NCBI GenBank assembly: GCA_041658425.1
Contig: JBBAAF010000003.1
Location: 14,267-78,266 of the forward strand
Reading direction: 5' to 3'
Length of the DNA: 64,000 nucleotides
Source of the DNA: Bacteroidales bacterium
GTDB taxonomy: Bacteria; Bacteroidota; Bacteroidia; Bacteroidales; UBA12481
Shown: positions 9,986 to 18,754 of the stretch, piece after piece
Layout of the letters: each line of letters begins with the position of its first letter
Position numbering within the stretch: the first letter of the stretch is position 1
Program-made: the position numbers and the translations under genes
Notes under the pieces: generated by a model
What the model was told of the DNA's origin: nothing
Databases searched by the model: none
Seen by the model: the letters and a program-made list of their open reading frames with translations, nothing else

Positions 9986-11341
9986 TTACAGGTATTCCTT
10001 CGGGAATTTCCAGGGTGAGCGATATTCCGGTACAACAAGGTCCGAAGCTTCTTTGTCGCCGATAATTTGTTCTTTATCAGGATCGAACCGGATCGAACGT
10101 CCAAGTTTCAGGGAAAGTGTACTGAGTATAATAGGAACATCAATCAGGACGTGGTAGGCAGGATTGCATGATGGCTGATTACGCGACTTAATACATTCGA
10201 GCCATTCGAGTTCATGACCGGGCGAAGGCGGAATGGATTTCGGAGGCGTTTGCATCCCTTTCATCCTGTCACCTTCCGGTAAAATTACGTGATTGTCGTA
10301 ATCGGTATGTAATGTACCGTTAACACCGTGGAAGTATATTCCCAACCTGCGCCTGCTCACCTGACCGCGCAAAAAGTCGAAGCCATAGCTGTTGGTCAGG
10401 GAACTCATCCAGGTCAGGGCAAGATTAGGATAGCGCATGATAACCTCGTGATTATCGTAAGCATCACCGTCATCCTTGATGATGAAACGTCCGCCTGTGG
10501 CACTGACCTCAGTGGGGTAGCCCAGACCAAGCGCCCATACGGGCAGGTCGATGATGTGCGGTGCCATGCCAGGGGTCCATCCACCGCTGAAATCCATCCA
10601 GAAACCATGATAGAAGGCGCCCTTCACCAGATTAGGGTTGAAGGGCTGCATCCGTGCCGGACCAACCCACATATCCCAGTCCATTCCTTTGGGTATGATA
10701 TTCGTATTATTGCCTGATCCAATACCGTTCGGGGCTTCGTTCATCACGAAGAAAGTGCGCACGGTTCCAATTTCACCGAGGTTGCCGGAACGAATGATCT
10801 CAACCACACGACGGTAGTTTTCGCTGGCGTGAATCTGGGTACCGATCTGGCAGATGATCTTGTGTTTTTTTACCGCATTGCGCACCGCCAGGCTTTCTCC
10901 AACATGCATCGTCATCGGTTTCTGCAGGTATATATCCTTGCCTGCCTCGCAAGCGGCGATGGCTATGATGGCATGCCAATGTGCGGGTGTGGCAATAATG
11001 ACTGCATCGAGATCCTTATGCCGTAGCATTTCCCTGAAATCGGTATAGCCGGTGCAAGTACCTTTGAATTTTTCAACGACGGGATCTAACCTTTCTTTCC
11101 AGACATCGCAAGCGGCGGTCACTACAACATTGGGCTGTGCGGCACAGATGTTCAGACTCGCATTACCTAAACCGCCACATCCGATAACCCCGAGATTAAT
11201 ACGATCGCTGGGTGGGTTGCCTTGTCCGTTAAGGATGGAAGATTGCAGAATTATGGGTGCTGCAATAGCTGCGTTGCCGGTAGTTTTTATGAACTGGCGG
11301 CGGGTTAAGAGTGGATTGGTATTATTCATTTGTAAAATCAT
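9986..11341 (-). CDS. TAT-exported Gfo/Idh/MocA-family NAD(P)-dependent oxidoreductase
   Basis: Twin-arginine motif LTRRQFIKTTG and Rossmann motif INLGVIGCGGLGN; 451 aa. The gene is GC-rich relative to its neighbours. Confidence 0.85.
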   Translation of the reverse strand: MILQMNNTNPLLTRRQFIKTTGNAAIAAPIILQSSILNGQGNPPSDRINLGVIGCGGLGNASLNICAAQPNVVVTAACDVWKERLDPVVEKFKGTCTGYTDFREMLRHKDLDAVIIATPAHWHAIIAIAACEAGKDIYLQKPMTMHVGESLAVRNAVKKHKIICQIGTQIHASENYRRVVEIIRSGNLGEIGTVRTFFVMNEAPNGIGSGNNTNIIPKGMDWDMWVGPARMQPFNPNLVKGAFYHGFWMDFSGGWTPGMAPHIIDLPVWALGLGYPTEVSATGGRFIIKDDGDAYDNHEVIMRYPNLALTWMSSLTNSYGFDFLRGQVSRRRLGIYFHGVNGTLHTDYDNHVILPEGDRMKGMQTPPKSIPPSPGHELEWLECIKSRNQPSCNPAYHVLIDVPIILSTLSLKLGRSIRFDPDKEQIIGDKEASDLVVPEYRSPWKFPKEYL

Positions 11342-11408
11342 GATGTTTCAGAATATGATCTATTTCCAAAATTAGTTTTATTTGACGTTTTTGCCCCACG
11401 AAAATCCC

Positions 11409-12629
11409 TTAATTGATGATTAGTTCACTGGATACTCCTAAATCCATAATATCCAAAACATAAAGAAATCCCATCATAAAACCTTCTGCCGGATAGGAAC
11501 TTTCAATTCTGTTGTCAAATATCTTTGCCGGTATGGATTGCCAGATACGCTCTCCATTAATGTTAATTGTATCGTTAGAATAATAGAAATTCGCTTTCTT
11601 AAGCGTGGCTTTACTCTCATAGCTAAATTTTATTATCGAATCCCGTTTTTCAATACCTGTTATTTTTGCCAATGGAATGCCATCTTTAAAGATTGAGTTA
11701 AAAAAAACAGCAATTTCACGGGGTCTCCATCCATCAGGATGATCATGTCCCATATTGGGTGTAATTCTCAGATATCTGTTTTTCTCCGGAATCAGTCTGG
11801 TTGTTTTATCGAAAGGAACAATATCAAAACAGCCATCTTTATTACCATTGATAAAAAGAGTCGGGCACTGTGAAAAAATCAGATAGTTCTTCGGGTCGAT
11901 TTTGCTCATCCAAAGTGCTTTATCCTCTTTTGTCATATTATTGAAATATTTTTTAAAAATGATTTCATCGTGAAATGCACAGCCATATACCGGAGCTGCA
12001 GCTTTAAAACGATTATCAATTCCTGATACAATGCATGTTTGAAAACCGCCCCAGCTGATGCCCGTCACAGCAGTCTTATTTTTTTCAACCTCCGGGAAAC
12101 TAAGCAACAGGGAATGAGCTAACATGGCAATCGCTGCGGTTCGATAGCCCCGAACTGCTTTTGGCCCATACTTTATAGAATCGTAAATGTACCCTAAAGA
12201 TGAGGAGGGGCCACCTTCGTGTAATTTTCTGTTATTCCCATAATCACACGTAATAGCTGCATATCCTTCATGAGCCCAACGTTCAACCCAATCACTCATG
12301 GCATCCTGATCCCCTCCTGAGATCAAAACGACTCCCGGGAACTTATTACCTTGATTAACACCGGTCTTCAAAATATCAGGATTGGAGTAATAGGCAAATA
12401 CTTTAGTTGCTTTACCCAGATGATCGGGCCCTTTAAAAAGAATCTCTCTGACCCTGGATGTACTGTCGAGATACTCAAATTCCGGTGTCTGCTGGAGAAG
12501 ATCTAAATCCCAGATTAAATCAGGCACATTGATTACGGATTGATCAATTCGTGGCAGGTCCGGATTTTCTTGTCTTGAGCAGGATACCAAAGTCAATATG
12601 CAAGCAAGTAATAGTATAATTTTACGCAT
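11409..12629 (-). CDS. Alpha/beta-hydrolase lipoprotein, putative carbohydrate esterase (acetyl-xylan-esterase/dienelactone-hydrolase-like)
   Basis: Lipobox LTLVSC; nucleophile elbow GISWGG; late HDHPDGW segment consistent with a catalytic His region. Confidence 0.7.
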   Translation of the reverse strand: MRKIILLLACILTLVSCSRQENPDLPRIDQSVINVPDLIWDLDLLQQTPEFEYLDSTSRVREILFKGPDHLGKATKVFAYYSNPDILKTGVNQGNKFPGVVLISGGDQDAMSDWVERWAHEGYAAITCDYGNNRKLHEGGPSSSLGYIYDSIKYGPKAVRGYRTAAIAMLAHSLLLSFPEVEKNKTAVTGISWGGFQTCIVSGIDNRFKAAAPVYGCAFHDEIIFKKYFNNMTKEDKALWMSKIDPKNYLIFSQCPTLFINGNKDGCFDIVPFDKTTRLIPEKNRYLRITPNMGHDHPDGWRPREIAVFFNSIFKDGIPLAKITGIEKRDSIIKFSYESKATLKKANFYYSNDTININGERIWQSIPAKIFDNRIESSYPAEGFMMGFLYVLDIMDLGVSSELIIN

Positions 12630-12686
12630 GATGATCTGCTTTCTTTGCTATGATAATAAGGGACTTATCTAATACTATTTTGCCAA

Positions 12687-13721
12687 TTACAATTCTGGAA
12701 ATGAAAAAGTTGGTTGAGTCGAATCTTCAGCATTAAAGGAACCCCACAACCTTGAGGCCTGATTGCCGTCGGGTTTGACCCCGGCATGAATGAAAAGCCG
12801 GTAACGCAGAACCAGTGGCTTACCCCGAACCAATTTGTAACATGTGCCTGAAGCCGGAAAAGTCGGCTGAACCCAGGATAGTTTGGGATACTGAACCCAA
12901 TCGCCCGGATAGTCAGGATTGTTTTTATGCTGAAAAACCATCATCCCGGACGTTGTATCAGCTCCGGCAAAAAATCCGCTCAAGTCAGACCAAACGCGCC
13001 TGGGGACCATTTCAGCCGAATCAGTAAACATGGTAATTTCCTGTTGTTTAGGTGTTTGCATACGAACATTCAAACCTCCGTATAAAGATGTTCCACGACG
13101 GGCAATGGTAATGCTATCCTTCAGGGCAACAAACCAGAATGCCAGATCGATGATTCTGCCCTGCGCCGTTGAGCGATAGGCTCTGATGAGTGCCACTTCG
13201 CGCACGATCGGTACACTATCTTCCCACATCCACAGGTTTTCGGCTTCGATCTGGGCAAATTCTGATCCGTTTTGAAGTTCTATTTTACCGGTTGGACGTG
13301 CGAACACAATCTGCAATGCATGAAGGTCGCCGCGTTTGCTGCCGAAATCCACTTCGGGCCAGGCCCAATAAATTCCACGATGATGTGGATGATCTTTCGA
13401 CCAGTCACGAGTCAAAACCTCTCCACCCGGTCCGTAAACGGGATGGATGTAGTTGCTGCGCGGAACGGCATATATACTTGGATTCGCCATAAATGTGTCG
13501 GTCGGCGTAACAATGTATTGGTTAGCAGGTAACGTATCAATCGCGTCTTTCTCGTAAACTGTTTTGTAATTGTATTGAAGCACCGGTTTGCCATCATCTG
13601 ACAGAATGATCTGCCCGCTTACAGGGTCTTCGATAGCCTGCATATCAGTCCCAAGCTTAGATTTACATGACACAAAAACGGCCACACCTGACAGGAGGAT
13701 GTAAACAATTGATTTTTTCAT
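12687..13721 (-). CDS. DUF6807 / PmoA-family lipoprotein
   Basis: Lipobox VFVSC. The segment YIHPVYGPGGEVLTRDWSKDHPHHRGIYWAWPEVDF matches my recollection of the DUF6807 (PF14100) core. This family is typically found near Gfo/Idh/MocA genes. Confidence 0.6.
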   Translation of the reverse strand: MKKSIVYILLSGVAVFVSCKSKLGTDMQAIEDPVSGQIILSDDGKPVLQYNYKTVYEKDAIDTLPANQYIVTPTDTFMANPSIYAVPRSNYIHPVYGPGGEVLTRDWSKDHPHHRGIYWAWPEVDFGSKRGDLHALQIVFARPTGKIELQNGSEFAQIEAENLWMWEDSVPIVREVALIRAYRSTAQGRIIDLAFWFVALKDSITIARRGTSLYGGLNVRMQTPKQQEITMFTDSAEMVPRRVWSDLSGFFAGADTTSGMMVFQHKNNPDYPGDWVQYPKLSWVQPTFPASGTCYKLVRGKPLVLRYRLFIHAGVKPDGNQASRLWGSFNAEDSTQPTFSFPEL

Positions 13722-13726
13722 AGGTG

Positions 13727-16168
13727 TTATTGTTTTTCAAAGTTTAATTTCCATTTTACGATTTGATTCTCCCTGGTTTTGATTAGAATTCTAAGCCAGC
13801 CCTGTTCTTTTTGGGGCAAAACCTCAATTGTGGCATCATATTGATTTTCAATAATCTCTGCGCTGGCAATTTTCCATTCAGCCCCATCATTCATTCCTCC
13901 TATGCGCAGTTCATAATTATCGCCGCCTATTATTTTGCTTGTTCCGGACAAGGATCCCCTCTGCCATTCTTCAGCAAGTAAATCGATCATGCCTTGGGTA
14001 ACATGCTGGGATGTTGCAACAACAACCGGATGATTCTCCAGGGAACGGACAGCCAAAATACGGCAAGATTCAGATGGAAGTTCCCAGGCAAATGACCCTG
14101 TGATATTGGGAATAGTTTTATTCTCCCAAAAATCGAACGCGTGGTAGGTGGTATTGTCGTTTAATCCTGCCCAACTCATTGAACAGCCAATCTTCTGAGA
14201 AGTTGTGTCCCAATTAAACAGGCCGATTACATTACGCTGAGTGCCTGTATGATGATCAGTAGCAAGCCAGATTGATGGAAGCGTTTTGTCGAAAGCATCA
14301 ACTGGCCTGGCAGTGCCGTTGTGGGAGGCCATGCAGCGTTTCATTATTTCAATCCGATCGTTGGGCAGATCTGGAAGCCAGTCACTGCTGAGGAAAAATT
14401 GACCTGAAACAGCTACAAAAGAGGGTAGTAACCGGGCCCTGGTCAGTCCACCAATTCCGGAACTTGCAGGATCCGCTGTTGATTTGCCGCTTTCCCTTAT
14501 CATTGAGGGGTCAGGATCGTTCCACCAAACCCTGCCGTTTAAAAAATAGAGCCGCGAAGCGCGGATTGCACCCGTGCGGATACTTTGGCCATCGTGGTTG
14601 AAATCAGGGCCAATCCGCATCGAATTGACCAATCCGAAAGAAGCACCGAACGACCGCATATTCTGACTTACACAACATCCCGAAAAAAACACCTCTTGCC
14701 CAACCGCATTTCGTAAAATTTTCAATCCATCCCTAAATGCTTCTATCTGAGTTTTAAATGGGTTGAAGAGTGGTCGACAGTTACCCATACTGTCGTTTTT
14801 ATAACCATCATTGATGTAAACCTGCTCAGTAACAGTACCGGTCCATAAACCATCCATCTTGAAATAATTGAAACCCCAATTGCGCATTGTCCTGGCAATA
14901 GTAGCAATATGATTTTGAACTTCGGGATGGGTAAGATCGAGGGAAGTTCCGCCCCAGGTGGTTTCAAAAGGCTTTCCATCAGGGCGGTAGGCAAACCAAT
15001 GCTGACGGTTGCTGTATTCAGGATCCTGATGATTTCGGGCAAATGGCATCCACCAGATTCCGGCGGTTAATCCTTCTTTTATTATCGCATTTGCTGTCGT
15101 TGACATACCATCAGGATAACCACCTTTGGGATCGGTACGATCGAAACCCCGGCGGGGTCCGTTGTATTGTCCTCCTGCCTGCCACTGATCGTCAATCTGG
15201 AGTACTCCCAGTCCGTAAGATTTAAGTCTGGAGGATATAAATTTCGCCAGTTCAATGGAAGATGATTCGCTTCCAGCCCCTCCGTTTTTTTCGTCGTACC
15301 AGGTACAATAAACCGCGCTGCGGGGTTTTAGCTTTATGTTTTGCTGTCTGGCAATTGCATCGGCAAATTGCTCTTCACCTAAACGGGCATCGTCGAAATA
15401 CCCGATAAGCAGAGTTTCAGAAGCTTCGGTTTTCCCGGCAGGCAAACGAAAATGACCATAGTCTATCTGAGTATTTATTTCAATCAAATTGTCTTTAATG
15501 CTTGAAAACACAACGCCGCTGCCTTTTTCATTTGTTAACCAGCCTGTTACCACACCGTTTCGGGTAGCCGGATCAACAGTTGTCAGAAATACATAACTGC
15601 CCGGATTTTTGTCGGGAGCAAGCAAACTTCCGGTACCCAGTGTTTTTAATCCAGCTGCCGGTTTTTCAAGGTCAATTAAAAAAGAAACCGGATTAAGCTT
15701 CTGAATATTAATATCTTCAGTCTGTGAATTATCAACGGTCTGGTTAATAAAGAGAAACGGTTGCATCGGATAAAGAGCGAACGAAATTGAACCTCCATGA
15801 ACAGACGTGATAACCAGGGAGCTCCCTTCCCCAAAAACCGGACTAAAAGTTTTCTCCTTCATGAAAGTTCCGGTTGCACCATTGGGAATCAGGTTTTTCA
15901 GGAAGGTTTTTTGAGTGGATCTGGCGGTTACTTCCAAGGTTTTCGCACCTGTGTTGAAGGTTACAACCAGGAACGAATTACTGATGCTGTTTCGTTTGTT
16001 TTGGCTTTTAACGGAACTATCCCCGGTCAGGTTATTTATTTCATCAGGAGCAGAGATAAAATTATCAGCACGGGCATATTCAGTCACATGATAATCTTTA
16101 ATTATCTGTTGTGATTGTGAACTGAGAACAAATAGGACGGCAAGGAGGGAGAATAGTTTTTTTTTCAT
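13727..16168 (-). CDS. Clan GH-D (GH27/GH36-type) alpha-galactosidase-like glycoside hydrolase with ~270-aa N-terminal extension
   Basis: Signal peptide present. Clan GH-D motif series: LQIDDQWQ, FNYFKMDGLW (K-x-D nucleophile context), SMRIGPDF (acid/base context) and WWNDPDPSMI. Confidence 0.78.
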   Translation of the reverse strand: MKKKLFSLLAVLFVLSSQSQQIIKDYHVTEYARADNFISAPDEINNLTGDSSVKSQNKRNSISNSFLVVTFNTGAKTLEVTARSTQKTFLKNLIPNGATGTFMKEKTFSPVFGEGSSLVITSVHGGSISFALYPMQPFLFINQTVDNSQTEDINIQKLNPVSFLIDLEKPAAGLKTLGTGSLLAPDKNPGSYVFLTTVDPATRNGVVTGWLTNEKGSGVVFSSIKDNLIEINTQIDYGHFRLPAGKTEASETLLIGYFDDARLGEEQFADAIARQQNIKLKPRSAVYCTWYDEKNGGAGSESSSIELAKFISSRLKSYGLGVLQIDDQWQAGGQYNGPRRGFDRTDPKGGYPDGMSTTANAIIKEGLTAGIWWMPFARNHQDPEYSNRQHWFAYRPDGKPFETTWGGTSLDLTHPEVQNHIATIARTMRNWGFNYFKMDGLWTGTVTEQVYINDGYKNDSMGNCRPLFNPFKTQIEAFRDGLKILRNAVGQEVFFSGCCVSQNMRSFGASFGLVNSMRIGPDFNHDGQSIRTGAIRASRLYFLNGRVWWNDPDPSMIRESGKSTADPASSGIGGLTRARLLPSFVAVSGQFFLSSDWLPDLPNDRIEIMKRCMASHNGTARPVDAFDKTLPSIWLATDHHTGTQRNVIGLFNWDTTSQKIGCSMSWAGLNDNTTYHAFDFWENKTIPNITGSFAWELPSESCRILAVRSLENHPVVVATSQHVTQGMIDLLAEEWQRGSLSGTSKIIGGDNYELRIGGMNDGAEWKIASAEIIENQYDATIEVLPQKEQGWLRILIKTRENQIVKWKLNFEKQ

Positions 16169-16201
16169 ACAGGAGGTTTTTGACTTCGTAGCACTATTAA
16201 A

Positions 16202-18685
16202 TTATTCTCTGATAACGACTGTTTGATTGATTTCCGGTGCAGTGGCAGGCCATTTCATTTTTGTTCCACCCGAGGTTTCTGAAACAATCTGGTATTCGAA
16301 GTCATCGTCAGGGGCGGGGAGTGTGGCGTTCCAAACAGCACGGGCAATATGTTTCGCTTCAATGGTTTCCCATTTTCCACCTCCAAGGGTACGGAACTTT
16401 ACCAGGACAGACTTTACGGGTTGTTTGTCGAGGGCAATAATCCTGAGAAGGAGAGCTTCACCCCGCTTTTGTGTTGTGCGGACAACGAGGTTCACCAGGA
16501 GGGGAGTGCCGCTGTATTCTTTCCGGGGCCTGGCCTCTGCGGGTAAAGGAGCTCCTGCCAGTTTTTCCAGAGTTTCATCCTGAGCAGTAAGGAGTTTACA
16601 ACGAAGAAGGGATTGGAGCTCGATGTTGGCAATCGTTCCCAGCTCGCTTGAGTTGTTGAGGGTTGCAATCATATGCTCATACATCGTTCCCAGGAGATTA
16701 GTCATTTTCAGCCGGATCGGGAGAACTTCGCTGATGGCTGATTTGCGCTGGGCGGCAGGGTCCTTGATTTGTTCGATACCTGCCAATGCCGCATCGAGTT
16801 CACCTCTGGCACATGCGAACATAGCCATGGATTTCATGAATTGAAACTCGTGATTCCACCAATCGAAACGGGCAAGATTACCCGAACCGCGAACACGCGG
16901 ACGTAAGGACTCCATCTCCTCTGCAAAAGCATATTGGTTTTTCACCTCCTGCCAGGACTGTTTATTTATATTGATGACACCCGGTCCACGGTTCCAGGTG
17001 GATGTCCGGGGATAATTCCCGTCCAGTTTTGTGAAGATCGCCGCGATTTCTTTGGCTACTGCAGGACCGAATTGTGCAGCCGTCCAATCCAGATAAAAAT
17101 CGTCTGAAGCAAGATTGCGCGGTAAAGAATCTTTATTGACGGCATCGGAGGAGCGGCCCCAATCACCGAGCTCCCATCCGGCCTGTGCCAGTGCACTGAT
17201 GTTCGGGTTAATGACACGGGTTCGCCAGTGCAGGCAGAACAAACCATCGCAACCATAGGTTTGTGCGTCCACTGCATCGCGGCGCATACGACCCACCAGC
17301 AGTTGAAAGGCTGTTAAATTGCCATCGTCCTCGGCCCATGGAATGGCGAACTTGACACGGCCTTCGAGCCCGGCGAAATTCGGAGATACAGGAGTATTAC
17401 CCACATTGTGACTGATGGAACTGAAAAAAACATCTTTAGGAAGTGTCTTGTCGAACTGGGGAAAGTGTCCTGCCGTCCAACCCCAGCCGCATAAACCGAG
17501 AGAAAAAGGGGCTTCTACGCTTCTGAGGGCAGAGCGGGCAGAATTGATATTTGTGATAAAACGATTTTCATCGATTTCACCTTCATGTCCCCAGATCCAA
17601 TAGTAATCTACCGGATAGGTGCGCTTGATGCGAAGGAACATGCCTTCGTAGAGTTTTTCCAGGGTGGCGGGATCATCTGGGTTGAGCCCCCTGGATTTAA
17701 GTTGTTCGGCGATGGCATCCGGAATGTCGAGTGGCGACTCCGTCCCAACCGCAGTTTTAATGCCGAGTTCCCGGGCATCGGTAAATACCTCATTCAACAT
17801 CTTACCGGATCGGTTCGCCATGTCCACGCAGGCTTCAGGCGTTGGAGGAAATGGGAAGTCATCGGGTCCGTTGATCTCGGGTCCGTAGTCATCCGCCGGG
17901 AAAAGCTGATCGGCGCCAAAACTGAATGTCCCGGTTTCCCCGGGGGCATAACATCCGTAAGGAATGAATTTGGCAGTGGTGTACCAGGAGGATTTATCGG
18001 CGACTTTTACCGTACCATCGGCATTCACGTCTTCCGGCAAACCGATCCAGACGGTTGGCTCGGGACCGAGATCCTTGTTTTTGAAAGGGTACGTGTGCAA
18101 GCCGATGAAATTCATTCGCATTTTAGCAACCTGTCCGGAAATGACTTTCCAGTCGTCCGTTGTCCACCAATCCGGTCCTTCGGGAAAATCATGAAACGGC
18201 TGGATACCACGCAGCCTGAACACCGGTTTATGGGTTTCATCGAGTCCTGGCAAGGAAAAAGGGATCTGTGCATCCGGGATCACATCGCCATCCAGCTGGA
18301 ACCGCACACCGAGCTTTTCCGCGAAAGCATAGGCACCATAGAGCACCGCGACATCGCTGCCGCCCGCGATAACCATCGATTTACCATCGGACTTCAATCG
18401 GAATTGCTGTTCCTCAAGTGTATTGTCTATTCTGAATGAGATGACGTCGCCGGCTGCATCTTCAGCAATTGGTAAAAGCGTGGCAGTGCGCAGATAGAGG
18501 TATCGGCGTACCTCCCTGGCCGCCAGCTTTATATTTGCCGGTGAACTGGCCGGACAGATAATCGTGACAGTATTGCTGCTGCTATGACCAGCCAACAGGC
18601 TATTTGGTTTATTTAATGCATTTTGGGTATTTAGTGTACCACTGGCGAAAAGCAGGAAAAAGTTTAGATATACTATTTTTTTCAT
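16202..18685 (-). CDS. Large secreted protein, glycosidase-like, family not recognised
   Basis: Signal peptide MKKIVYLNFFLLFASGTLNTQN. The N-terminal module (VIAGGSDVAVLYGAYAFAEKLGVRF) resembles the alpha/beta N-domain of GH20/GH67/DUF4838-type enzymes. It is followed by RLRGIQPFHDFPEGPDWW. The gene is GC-rich. Confidence 0.7.
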   Translation of the reverse strand: MKKIVYLNFFLLFASGTLNTQNALNKPNSLLAGHSSSNTVTIICPASSPANIKLAAREVRRYLYLRTATLLPIAEDAAGDVISFRIDNTLEEQQFRLKSDGKSMVIAGGSDVAVLYGAYAFAEKLGVRFQLDGDVIPDAQIPFSLPGLDETHKPVFRLRGIQPFHDFPEGPDWWTTDDWKVISGQVAKMRMNFIGLHTYPFKNKDLGPEPTVWIGLPEDVNADGTVKVADKSSWYTTAKFIPYGCYAPGETGTFSFGADQLFPADDYGPEINGPDDFPFPPTPEACVDMANRSGKMLNEVFTDARELGIKTAVGTESPLDIPDAIAEQLKSRGLNPDDPATLEKLYEGMFLRIKRTYPVDYYWIWGHEGEIDENRFITNINSARSALRSVEAPFSLGLCGWGWTAGHFPQFDKTLPKDVFFSSISHNVGNTPVSPNFAGLEGRVKFAIPWAEDDGNLTAFQLLVGRMRRDAVDAQTYGCDGLFCLHWRTRVINPNISALAQAGWELGDWGRSSDAVNKDSLPRNLASDDFYLDWTAAQFGPAVAKEIAAIFTKLDGNYPRTSTWNRGPGVININKQSWQEVKNQYAFAEEMESLRPRVRGSGNLARFDWWNHEFQFMKSMAMFACARGELDAALAGIEQIKDPAAQRKSAISEVLPIRLKMTNLLGTMYEHMIATLNNSSELGTIANIELQSLLRCKLLTAQDETLEKLAGAPLPAEARPRKEYSGTPLLVNLVVRTTQKRGEALLLRIIALDKQPVKSVLVKFRTLGGGKWETIEAKHIARAVWNATLPAPDDDFEYQIVSETSGGTKMKWPATAPEINQTVVIRE

Positions 18686-18754
18686 TGATTTTTTTTAGTG
18701 AATTCGTATCCCGGTTGAAGCTATCAGATTTATTCTAAATAATTGATCTACAAT

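Noticed and set aside
17585-18439. 284-aa plus-strand ORF inside the 827-aa gene; similar antisense ORFs occur at 10328-10717 and 58433-58921
   Set aside because: These ORFs lie entirely antisense to longer ORFs that have signal peptides and domain-like sequence. Their composition is Arg/Gly/Pro/Ser-rich and low-complexity. They occur only in GC-rich genes, where stop codons are rare by chance.
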